DNA of 64,000 nucleotides, from the NCBI RefSeq assembly GCF_044704955.1, contig NC_091982.1:68138001-68202000 (forward strand), in the 5' to 3' direction. Of this stretch, positions 11,298-22,659 are shown in pieces. How positions within the stretch are numbered: the first letter of the stretch is position 1; every line of letters begins with the position of its first letter. The translations under genes were made by a program, and so were the position numbers. This DNA is from Pristiophorus japonicus (lineage: Eukaryota). The notes below the pieces were generated by a model. It saw only the letters and a program-made list of their open reading frames with translations, had not been told where the DNA came from and made no database searches.

Positions 11298-12952
11298 TGT
11301 CGCGCTGCAAAGATCATGTCCGTTTTGCCCCATAGGGTCGAAATCCACACTATGATTCCGGGAGAAGCTCCTCAGGCACAGGGAGAAGATGGTTGAGGAG
11401 AACTCTAGCGACAACTTTCCCAGTGGCTGATTGCAGTGAGATACCTCTGTAGTTGCTGCAGTCGGACTTGTCCCCTTTTTTAAAGATGGTCATGATCACT
11501 GCATCTCTGAGAACTCCCAGCATGCTCTCCTCCCTCCAGATGAGAGAGATGAGGTCATGTATCCGCGCCAACAGTGCATCTCCGCCATACTTTAGCGCCT
11601 CAGCAGGGATTCCATCCACTCCCGTAGTCTTGTAATTCTTGAGCTGTTTTATGGCTTTTCCTACCTCCTGCAGTGTTGGGATTTTACTGAGATGTTGGCG
11701 GGTCACATGTTGTAACATACTCAGCCTGCTCCATGATGACATGCAGGCCATGATCCTTACCAACGGATCCATTACAGACCCAATCCACGTCCGGACCGGC
11801 ATCAAACAAGCCTGCGTCATCACTCCAACCCTTTTCTCAATCTTCCTCGCACCCATGCTCCACCTCACAGTCAACAAGCTCCCCGCTGGAGTGGAACTAA
11901 ACTACAGAACCAGTGGGAATCTGTTTAACCTTCGCCACCTCCAGGCCAGGTCCAAAATCACCCCAACCTCTGTCATCGAGCTACACTACGCGGACGACGC
12001 CTGTGTCTGCGCACATACAGAGGCTGAACTCCAGTATATAATCGATGTATTTACTGAGGCATACGAAAGCATGGGCCTTACGCTAAACATCCGTAAGACA
12101 AAGGTGTCCACCAGCCTGTCCTCACTGCACAGCACTGCCCCCCAGTCATCAAGATCCACGGCGAGGCCCTCAACAACGTGGACCATTTCCCATACCGCGG
12201 GAGCCTCTTGTCAACAAAAGCAGACATTGATGCGGAGATTCAACCTCCAGTCTTTGGCCACCTGAGGAAAAGAGTGTTCAAAGACCAGACCCGCAAATCT
12301 ACCACCAAGCTCATGGTCTACAGGGCGGTAGTACTACCCGCCCTCCTGTATGGCTCAGAGGCATGGATGATGTACAGAAGAAACTTGGAGATATATCACC
12401 AACGATGTCTCCGCAAGATTCTGCAAATCCCCTGGGAGGACAGGTGCACCAACATCAGTGTCCTCTTCCTGGCTAACATCCCCACCATTGAAGCACTGAC
12501 CACACTCGATCAGCTCCGTTGGGCAGGCCACATTGTCCGCATGCCGGACACGAGACTCCCAAAGCAAGCGCTCTACTCGGAACTCCTTCACGGCAAATGA
12601 GCCAAAGGTGGGCAGTGGAAACGTTACAAGGTCACCCTCAAAGCCTCCCTGATAAAGTGCAACATCCCCACTGACAACTGGGAGTCCCTGGCCGAAGACC
12701 GCCCTAAGTGGAGAAAGTGCATTCGGGAGGGCGCTGAGCACCTTGAGTCTCAACACCGAGAGCATACAGAAATCAAGCGCAGGCAACGGAAGGAGCGTGC
12801 GGCAAACCAGTCCCACCCACCCCTTCCCTCAACGACTATCTGTCCCACTTGTGACAGAGACTGTGGCTCTCGTATTGGACTGTTCAGCCACCAAAGAACT
12901 CACTTCAGGAGTGGAAGCAAGTCTTCCTCGATTCCGAGGAACTGCCTATGAG
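11298..12952 (+). mobile_element. RTE-clade LINE with inverted 5' segment
   Basis: About 11298-11712 minus encodes KKGDKSDCSNYRGISL...ELLPES; about 11715-12952 plus encodes RT (KQACVITPTLF, YADD) and the C-terminus. Confidence 0.88.
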
Positions 12953-13496
12953 GTGGAGTCAGTGTGTGTGTCACTGTGTGTGTGTGTGCGTCAGTGTGTC
13001 AGTGTGTGTGTATGAGAGTCAATGTGTGTGAGTCAGTGTGTGTGAGTCAATGTGTGTGTGCGTCAGTGAGTCAGTGTGTGTGAGTCAGTGTGTGTGAGTC
13101 AATGTGTGTGTGCGTCAGTGAGTCAGTGTGTGTGAGTCAGTGTGTGTGAGTCAGTGTGTGTGTCAGTGCGTGTGTGTGTGTCATTGACTCTGTGAGTCAG
13201 TGTGTGTATGAGTCAGTGTGTGTGTGTCACTGTGAGTCAATGTGTGAGTCATTGTGTGTGTGTCATTGTGTGAGTCAGTGTGTGTGTCTGTGTGTGTGTG
13301 TCATTGACTCTGTGAGTCAGTGTGTGTATGAGTCAGTGTGTGTGTCACTGTGAGTCAATGTGTGAGTCATTGTGTGCGTGTCAGTGTGTGTGTCAGTGTG
13401 TGTGCGTGTCAGTGTATGTGTCTGTGTGTGTGTGTCATTGGCTCTGTGAGTCAGTGTGCGTGTGTGTGTATGTGTGTGTGTGTGTGTGTGTGTGTC
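12953..13496. repeat. (TG)nAGTCAG satellite with higher-order tandem units
   Basis: Direct reading; about 52-bp unit repeated at 13017-13150. Confidence 0.9.
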
Positions 13497-14210
13497 CTTG
13501 TCAGCCACAGGGAGAAGGCGATTGAAGAGGATTCTTGCGATGACTTTCCTAGTGGCCGACAGCAGGAAGAATCCTCTGTAGTTACGGCAGTCGGACTTGT
13601 CACCTTTCTTGAAGATGGTCACGGATACAGCGTCTCTCAAATCTCCTCCTTCCAGATGAGAGAAATGAGGTCATGGACCTGCGCCAGTAGTGCTTCTACT
13701 TCGGCGAGGATTCCATCAAGGAAGAGAGGCAGTCAGTGCCTGCTGAAAGGAGCACTTCGAGGATCTCCTCAACTGAGACTCTGTCTTCAAAGTGAGTGTC
13801 CTCGGCTCCATCCCGCAGCAGGCTACCTGTCACCATCTCAGCACAACTCCAGCCCGGCATGAGATAGAAGAAGCCATCCGTCAGCTGAAGAACAATGAGT
13901 CACCGCCTAATTCGCTCTGTCATCACCATCAACATTGCCCCAAAACAGCGACGACATCAGAAACAATGCTACAGGAAAATCAAGGCCGGAGTACTCAAAG
14001 ACCCTGCTAAGAAAGCGCAATTCAGTCAGCACCTTTCTACCAACCTGGCGACTCCCAATGACCCAGAGACGCAGAGCGTGCACAGCGCCTGGTCTGCCCT
14101 CAAGGCTTTCATAATCAACACCTGCGAAGAGACGCTCGGTCACTTGACCAGGAAACATTAAGATTGGTTCGACGACAATGACCAAGAGATCCAAGAGCTA
14201 ATAATGCGCA
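13497..14210. mobile_element. Scrambled RTE LINE fragments in both orientations
   Basis: Minus KKGDKSDCRNYRG (13500-13715); plus IEEAIRQLKNN then an earlier-domain piece HRLIRSVITINIAP...WSALK. Confidence 0.75.
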
Positions 14211-16733
14211 ATGTTCAATAACAAAAGTTTAATACCAACATTGGTCTTAAATCATAAGTATCACAGCCAATAACACCCAACCCCCGCTCACATCCCACTT
14301 TTTCCACCATTGACATAAATGACATGGTCAACATGTCCAGCAACACAGAATACAAAGGCAAAGCAGGAGCGTGGTCCCCAGCCCCCATACACTGCAACAA
14401 ATTGCATACACCAGATGGAGATATAACACAGCCATCACCTGCGCACATGCACCTCAGTTTCCTTCCCCCCTCTCTTTCTCACGACCTCTACCACTTCCCC
14501 TCTTTACTCCACGGTGCCTGGCCAAGGAGCTCCTCAGGCGGTGCTTCATTGGGGGGGATGAAGGCAGATGTGTTGGTTGGATGGGTATGGGAGCGGGGGG
14601 TACCGAGGGGGCAACATTTTCTGATGCAGAAGTAGGATCTTGGTCCTTGCTCTCATCTGTCGTTCGCTGTGGTGGTGCGGAACCTAGGGGTGGAGTGCCG
14701 CGCTCGGGGACCACTGGGAGGGCTGTGGCAGCAGTGTTCCTGGCTATCACATCCAGGGACTCCACCATGCGCGGAATGTATGCAGACATACTGGCCAGGT
14801 GTCGGGATATGCCTTAATGTATCGATGAGCTGTTCACTAATGTTTATAGTCCTCCTGGACAACTGAACCATCTCTCCGCTGTCATGTCCCGCTCGTAGAA
14901 CAGACCTGCCATGTCCACGAGGCCTCCGCAGGGTCGGCGCCGTCCTGGGGACAAATGGGGAGCCCTGTGGAGAGGTGCTTGGGGCAGGCACCTCCAGAGT
15001 GGAGGCAGGAATGACCGGAGGACCAATAGATGGCCTTGGGGTGGAATGGGTTCTGGAGCGTGGCGATGCAGGTTCTTCGAAGTCCGCGCTCTCATCCGTC
15101 AAGAACAGACCCAGCGGATTGGGGCAGGAGTCGGCAGACGATCTTACTACATCTGGTGCTGAGGAGCTCTGACAATCGGAGCTCCTCAGCACCAGATGTA
15201 GTAGGATCGTCCACCGACTCCTGCCCCACGCCCCCACCTTCTGGCCTCTGTGGCCTTGCCTGGGGCCGCGCTGCTGGCTGAGCTGCAAGACACAAATTAG
15301 GTTGTTAGAGGAGAGGGGTGATGCTAGAGTGACAAGGTGAATCCTGCGCTACACACAGCATATGTACGACAAAGGCACCACTGCTCTCAAAATCATCACA
15401 GACATCACATTTCATGACCATCAACACATTGTGGATTGCAATGATTTTCATTAAGCCAGCATTATTTCTATGACACTTTTAGAGATCATCTATCATATAT
15501 GATTGGTCGGATATGAGTTGGTGTGGCATCTATTGACTTTACATCACACAATGGTGTAAGCTTTACTCACGTGGCATCACTTCAGGGTCTGCCGATGCGT
15601 TCGTGGCTGTCCGGGGGTCTTCCCCACGAGTGCTAGCACTCGCTCCTCCATGTCAGTGATGTCGCTGGGGACTGGTGGCCCCCCACCCGTTCGCCTCTGC
15701 ATGGACCTCATCATCGATAGCTTCTTCTGTAAAAGGTGACAGGGTGACATGGCATGAGATCATTGCATGATATCATTGCTAGGTACTGTCACAGAGGCTG
15801 ATACAACACATAACCAACAGATGTAATCATGATTATTATGATTATTATCATTCTTTACCTAAAGACGTACACCGTGACTGCAGGCTTTGAGTAAAACATT
15901 CCCGGTCAAAGTGCAAGACCTCACATCCGCTGATAGGCACTCATGACTGTTACAAATCAAATTATATAAATACATAAGTACATGTAAATCAATGTAATAC
16001 TTACTCTTGCGGATCTCACAAGGTCGTTCCATCGTTTGCGGCATTGATTGCCCTCAAGCACCTCATTGGTCGCCAACGAAACTATCTCGGTCCATATCCT
16101 CCGGTAGGCCTTTGGGGTGGGCTTCCCACGCCCTCCCTGTGTCAAAGCGTGACTCAGCCTCCTGCAGGTGGGAGGCATTTGCCTCATCAGAGAACCTCCT
16201 GGCTCTTTTACGGCCTCCAATGTGCTCCTTTCCCACCTCACTGCTCTCTCCAGCATCAGTCTCCACAGTGTGCTGTGATGCCTCCTCCTCTCCCTCCATA
16301 GGGCAAATTCAGTCAAATATGTGGCTGCTAACAGCTACTTTTTGTTTGCCTACTTGCTGTGAAGCTCTAAAGTCTCCCTCCTTCCTCCCAAAGCAGCCAC
16401 ACCACATCCAGCCACGCCTTCAGTCCCTCTGAGCTCCCTCTCTCTCTGTCTCCTCTTCTGCGCATGTCATGGTGACCCGTGACCTCCTGAATCACGGGAA
16501 TCAAGCATTGCCATGCCGTTGCTAAGGACGGCCACACTTTACGGCAGAAGGTCAAAAAATTTAACGTTACTGCCCATTTGATATCACTCGCTGTAACGCT
16601 CATTTTTAAAAATGTAAACTAGGTGTTTTGAAAATGGGCGAGAAGCCAGCAATCTGAAAACCCTTTTTTACCTCCCACGTCGGAAATAACGCCCATTTTT
16701 GGGCGATAAGCTCAAAAGTGGAGGTTCAACCCC
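14211..16733 (-). mobile_element. PIF/Harbinger copy 2 (Myb half only)
   Basis: Myb exons on minus; degenerate TIR GTGGAGGTTCAACCCC ending 16733 against CR1 sequence; transposase half absent. Confidence 0.8.
14454..16299 (-). pseudogene. Harbinger Myb/SANT-like gene, frameshifted
   Basis: MEGEEEASQHTVETDAGE...RRFSDEANAS...GKPTPKAYRRIWTEI...QCRKRWNDL; same introns as copies 1 and 3; RG-rich C-terminus. Confidence 0.8.
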
Positions 16734-16928
16734 CTTGTCAAATACCTTCAGGAAGTCCAAATACACCACATCCACTGGTTCCCCTTTATCCACCCTGTTT
16801 GTTCCATCCTCAGAGAATTCCAGCAAATTTGTCAAACATGACTTCCCCTTCATAAGTCCATGCTGACTCTGCCTGACTGAATTATGCTTTTCCAAATGGC
16901 TTGCTACTGCCTCTTTAATAATGGACTC

Positions 16929-17162
16929 TGTTCTGTCTTTAGATGCTCTGATAATGACTCCACGAGGCAATGTGTATTGTACTTGAACTGTAGTGACCTT
17001 AGTCCTTTATTGAAACTCCAGAGTGAGGATCACACCTGGTGGCCTGCCTTTTATACTCGGCCTGGCACACCTGTACAGATAGCCTACAAGTCTTCCACTG
17101 CGATGCCTTGTGGTGGCACACCTTGTAATAGTACAAACAGTAACCATGCAGGATACATGACA
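16929..17162 (-). repeat. 3' LTR of the Gypsy element
   Basis: Direct repeat of 19881-20113 with about 14 substitutions and 2 indels by eye; TATAAAA and AATAAA on minus. Confidence 0.92.
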
Positions 17163-18232
17163 TCACTTTCTCGCAAGCCCCTAGTGCAAATCGCCTCTGC
17201 ATTGACTGTGCTCTGGGCTTTGCTCTATCTGGTTGACTCCATGGCGGGTCGTTTCCATCTTGAGTGAGTGGGTGGTGTTTTGTTGGCAGTAGAGTGCTGG
17301 TGATTTCTGTTTGTGAGTCCATGTCCACTCCATTCTCTCTCCCCCCGCTCCCCCCCCCCCGCCCCCCAGCCCCCACATAATGATGGTGCCGTTGCCTCAT
17401 TACATTCATATACATTCAAGTCCAAAAAAACAAATTTTCATTACAGTATTGCATTCGTGGTACATGCTTGAAATATTCTTGGAGTCAGTGCATGAGGACA
17501 AACTAGTGCCAGGACTGCTGGATGGTGTCCAGGTAGTCTGATGGCGGCGCAGTGCCCAGTGCTAGCAGTGGGAACCCAATTGGCTCAAGTTGCCTGCTCT
17601 AGGGGCTTATGCCATTGCTCCTAGCGTCGGGCAAGTTCACAGATGCCTGTGACCTTCCTGTCCTCTCCTTGCACCTCGGGTCATTGCTGCTCCCTGAGGA
17701 GCAGTCGTCTAGCAGTGCACAGGGAACTGCTGACTCACTTGCCTGGGCGTTGTTTGGTTTGGAATTTTGGCTGGTCCCAGTCCCATTTGGGAGAATCGTT
17801 GCTGGTGACCCTTCATTCCCAGGTATGGCCTTGGTGGTGATAGGGTCTGGGAGCTGTGCCTTAGCACAGTTTGCTCTTTCAGGCTCGTGGCGGTTGGTGC
17901 TATCGGGTGCCTGAGAGGTGGAGCTGACCAGGGGCAGGGTATCGATACTGGTGCTGTTACGTTCCTGAGATCGCTTGCTCTGTAGCTTGTATGTATTGGC
18001 TGCTTGTGGCCACACTCCATGGTGCATAACTCTGGTCCCAGGGATGCAGGCTACTACATTGGGTAGCTCCCGATGGGTGTCTGCCCACTACATTGATGTA
18101 TGCAGTTGAAATCCTACATCGCACAACGTTTAATTACTATTGTAAATAACCTGTAGCTCCGATCATGATCTTTCAACTTTTCTTTGCTTATTACATGTAC
18201 ACAACTCTGATCATCAATTGCACATTTTACAT

Positions 18233-19844
18233 CTAACTCAGAGTTGCTCTTACATTGATTGAGAACTGTCCCTTTAAGTGTGGTGAGTTGCAGGCCTCCT
18301 TTAAGAGAGCCTTGCTATCTTTACCCCAATCCTCTTCTCCGTTTGGTGCCACGTATTGCTCCATCACCTCGTGGTCTGGCCGCCATCTTTCCTCCATCCA
18401 CGATGTCGACCGCAGTGATCCTCTTCTCCCCGGATTCTGCCTCCCGGGTCGTCTTAGCTGGATCATCTCCACGCAGTAGTGCTTGGCAGTCTGTGTCTCT
18501 GGTGCTTTGCTGGTCTGCTCTCTGGTGCCAGGTCCACCCTCAGGTGAGGGCTTGCTTTGCCTCTGAGTGCGGAGGAAGTCGATCGCTGGAGGAATGAAAT
18601 CTCCCCAACTCCAATGGATCTTCTCCATCCACCTTCTTCCGAGTAGCGTTGGTTCATCACCTGCAACAATCCACAGAGGTAATCTGCACCACGCCATCAT
18701 GGAGTACCTTAACATCCACACTACCAACGACTGGGATAAGTTCATTGGTGTAGGTGCGCAGCTTTGCCTGAACCAGGACCAACTTGGATCGTTCAGCTTG
18801 ATTGTCTCATAGCCTCTCAAAGGCTTCTTGATTCATTACTGACTGGCTCGCCCCCGTGCCCACTTCCATGAAGACTGGAACGCCATTTATCTCGACTTCC
18901 ATCCTCAATGTAGAACACTCGGTGGTGCAGGTAAACATGCCACATACCTCATCGTGGGGCTGAGCTGCCTCTCTAACTATCGTTTCATAATCCGCGCTGG
19001 ATTCATGGCCACCAGCTGACTCTTCATCAACACAGTGAGTCATATTTCTTTTACACATTCGCTGGAGGTGGCCCTTTGTGCTGCAGCCTTTGCACACATA
19101 GTCTTTAAAGCAGCACTGGTGAGCCCTGTGATTCCCTCCGCAACACCAGTATAGAGCTACTCGGTTAGCCCCCCTCGGTGGACTCTGAGTTAAGGGATTC
19201 AGGGGCCTGTTCTCTCTTCCCTGAGAAGGTTCACGTTCTACAGTCCAGCCTCTAAAAGTCACCACTCTGTGCACAGTACTTGCTGGGTTTGAGTCCTGAG
19301 GATGAGTCATCTGCCTAGAGCCGCAGGTCGAGGTCATGAATGCCTGGCCATCGGAGATGGCCTTCTGCAGTTTGACTGTGGTATCCGCAGATAGTAGTCT
19401 GTGGAGAAGGCCCTCATGGCCAATTCCAATGACAAAGATATCCCGCAGCGCTTCGGTGAGGTGGTTGCCGAAATCACATGGTGCCGCCAGCCTCCTGAGG
19501 TCTGCACCATATTTCGTGATTTCCTGGCCTTCGGGCCGTCAGAGGGTGTAAAACCGGTGTTTGGCTATGAGGATGCTCTATTTGGGCTTGAGTTGTTCTT
19601 AGATCAGCATTACAAGCTCCTCATATGTCTTTGTCGTTGTCTTCACTGGTGCCAGCAAGTCCCTGACAAGGCCATAGACAGTGGGCCCACAACTGGTTAG
19701 CAGGATAGCTCTGCGCTTATCAGCCAGTGTGGCCGGATTGTCGCCTTCCAGGTCGTTTGCTGTGAAGAAATGATCGAGCCTTTCCACAAAGGCGTCCCAA
19801 TCATCACCATCGGTGAACTGCTGCAACGTACCAAGGTTAGCCAT
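18233..19844 (-). pseudogene. Gypsy gag-protease, frameshifted
   Basis: ORF pieces 19599-19844, 18807-19337 (CCGGNHRAHQC..CKGCSTKGHLQRMC) and 18233-18820. Confidence 0.82.
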
Positions 19845-19849
19845 TTTCA

Positions 19850-19878
19850 CGTGGGTTCGTATCCCATCCTCGTCGCCA
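19850..19878 (-). promoter_or_regulatory. Primer-binding site complementary to the tRNA-Ser(GCU) 3' end
   Basis: Minus strand TGGCGACGAGGATGGGATACGAACCCACG, 2 nt inside the 5' LTR. Confidence 0.88.
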
Positions 19879-19880
19879 AT

Positions 19881-20113
19881 TGTTATGTCTTTAGATGCTC
19901 TGATAATGACTCCACAAGGCAATGTGTTGTACTTGAACTGTAGTGACCTTAGTCCTTTATTGATAACTCCAGAGTGAGAATCACATCTGGTGGCCTGCCT
20001 TTTATACTAGGCCTGGCACACCTGTACAGGTAACCTACAAGTCTCCCACTGCGGTGCCCTCTGGTGGCGCACCTTGTGATAGTACAAACAGTAACCATGT
20101 AGGATACATGACA
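19881..20113 (-). repeat. 5' LTR of the Gypsy element
   Basis: Repeat of 16929-17162, adjacent to the PBS. Confidence 0.92.
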
Positions 20114-20253
20114 TAGAAACATAGAAACATAGAAAATAGGTGCAGGAGTAGGCCATTCGGCCCTTCCAGCCCGCACCGCCATTCAATGAGTTCATGGCTG
20201 AACATGCAACTTCAGTACCCCATTCCTGCTTTCTCGCCATACCCCTTGATCCT
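20114..20253 (-). mobile_element. CR1/HE1-type 3' tail inserted at the LTR terminus
   Basis: (CATAGAAA)n tail; TGACA duplicated at 20109-20113 and 20254-20258. Confidence 0.82.
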
Positions 20254-21150
20254 TGACAGACTCAAAGATTTTCCCAACCACAGATATTAGGCTAACTGGT
20301 CGATAGTTTCCTGCTTTTTGTCTTCCTCATTTTTTAAATAGGGGCATTATATTTGCAGTTTTCCAATCTGCTGGGACCTCCCCAGAATCCAGGGAATTTT
20401 GGAAAATTACAACCAATGCATCCACTATCCCTGCTGTTACTTCTCTTAAGACCCTTGGATGCAAGCTATCAGGTCCAGGGGCTAGAATTTCCATTATTTT
20501 TGCATGCATACCGCCCACTTAACGTCCATTTTAACTCTGAAATGAAATGTAATGCCCCTATATCGCCCATTTAGCTACAAAATGGAAAGTAATGGCCATT
20601 TCTCAGTCATTTATCACCGAGCATTACTTTCAGCATGTACGTAACACCGATAAAAAATAATACCACCCGTCCACTTTTTTGGGACAGAAAGATCAGAATA
20701 GATGAAACCAACGACCATAATATCGCCCAGCATTACTTTCGGCACGTAATTAACGCCGAAATTTAATAATACTGCCCAGCCTCTGTTTTTTGTCATAAAG
20801 AGCACATTTGCCGAAACTAACGCCCAGAAAATCGGCCAGCATTACTTTCGGCACCTCGCACACATCTCGCTGACAATATTGCTCACTGAAAAAACCACTG
20901 TGAGAAAGTTGAACTGACCTGAACTAATCACAGTGGTATGAATGCCATTTTCTAAATCGCAGGTCACATCATTTAAAAGGCTACTCTGCTTCAACCTCGG
21001 GCGAGTTTGGATGTACAGTGGAGGTCTTTTAAGGTGATGTGAACATCTGAACATCTTTTCATACTGTGGACGATTGGAATTTACTTTAGGTGTCTTAGTG
21101 GGGACATTTATTGCTTGTGAACAATTGGTATTATACTGATAGTTATTGGA

Positions 21151-22240
21151 ATGGGGCCAGCTATTTCTCAGCTTGACTTGATGACAAGGCAGATGTTGCA
21201 GAGTAGAGATGACAGAAGATATATTCGACAGCGTTATGTGCCCAATCTAAGACTGATGAGGAGGACAAGACCATACACTCCCCGCACTTATAGGGAGAAG
21301 CAGTCGTACCTCAACTTGTCCGATAACACCTGCCTTTGGAGACTGCGCTTCCACAAGGTTATCAGTGAGATATGCAGCTCATCAGGTGAGATCTGCAGCC
21401 TGCCAGAACCATCAGGACCGCACTGTCCGTCAAGGTCAGAGTAACCCCGGCACTTTTGTTCTACGCATCCGGTTCCTTTCAGGCCTCTGCTGGCGACATT
21501 TGTGTTATATCTCAACATGCCACACATTGCTGCATTAGACAGGTCACTGAAGCCTTGTACGCATGTAGGATGGACATTATCAGCTTCCCTATGACCACGG
21601 AGGCTCAGACTGAGAGGGCTCTCGGATTCTACCGAATTGCTAACTTCCTCAAGGTGCAGGAAGCAATAAACTGTATGCACATCGCCTTGAGGGCATTTTT
21701 TCTGAACCAAAAAGTATTTCACTCCCTGAAGATGCAACTCGTTGTCGACCACAACCAGATAATTATGACAGTGAATGCCAAATTTCTGTGCAGCATCCAT
21801 GATGCTCACATCCTGCATGAGAGCGCTGTATCTGACATGTTTACCAGTCAGCCACAAGGTCAATGCTGGATGCTAGGTGACAAGGGATATGGCCTCACCA
21901 CCTGGCTGATGACCCCCCTGCATGACACCCACACCGAAGCCGAGAAGCGATACAACGAGAGCCACAGAGCCACACGCAATGTGGTCCAGAAAACCATTGT
22001 TGTGCTTAAGCAGCGCTTTAGATGCCTGGACCATTAAGGAGGGCAGCTTCAATACCACCCTGATCAGATAGCTCAATTTGTGGTCATGAGCTCCATGCTG
22101 CACAACTTGGCCACCAGGAGGTGGCTAGAATTGCCAGAAGGAACTGATGGTCCACCTCAGGAGAGAGAGGAAGAGCCAGTGGTGGCTACATAGCTGCAAG
22201 ACTCTTATGTCAGTAGCTCATAAATGAGCACTTTGCCTGA
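21151..22240 (+). pseudogene. HARBI1-like Harbinger DDE transposase, disrupted
   Basis: FYASGSFQ, AINCMHIA (first D mutated), SIHDAHIL, LGDKGY, YNESHRATRNVVQKTI..LKQRFRCL (E mutated); frameshifts and a stop at 22035-22037. Confidence 0.92.
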
Positions 22241-22659
22241 AAGAATGTTGCTGTTATTGACAAAACTGACACACTGCCGTGTGTGCAGCTCAGACATCAA
22301 TGGTGAGTGTCACCTTGGTGCCAGTTAAAGTTTAAGTTGATTCAAGTTAAGTTTAATTATACCCTTTCATGTTAAGGAATCACCAGTGTGTAACAGTCCA
22401 GCTATCTGAGACAATGCGCAAAAAGGTTGTTAAATAAAAATCCGACCATATGTGTGAAATCATAAGTATAACTGTCAAAAACACCCACCCCACCCCATCA
22501 CATACGACAACACATTTATAACATTGACATCAATCAAATGGTCAACATTTCCAGCAACGCAGAACACAAATGCAAACCAACAAGATGGCCTCCTTCCCCC
22601 ATACCTCAGACCTTACAACAAATTTGATACACCAAGATGGACATATTACAAAGCCATCA

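Larger units (their letters stand above)
16929..20113 (-). mobile_element. Ty3/Gypsy (Mag-like) LTR retrotransposon, gag-protease only
   Basis: LTRs 16929-17162 and 19881-20113 (TG...CA); TSD GACTC at 16924-16928 and 20259-20263; tRNA-Ser PBS; gag start MANLGTLQQF...WDAFVERL; paired Cys/His knuckles; protease MEV(G)TGASQSVM, LLGRRWM; no RT or IN recognised. Confidence 0.9.

Noticed and set aside
19850-19878. tRNA-Ser gene
   Set aside because: Only the 3' 29 nt with encoded CCA, next to an LTR: a primer-binding site
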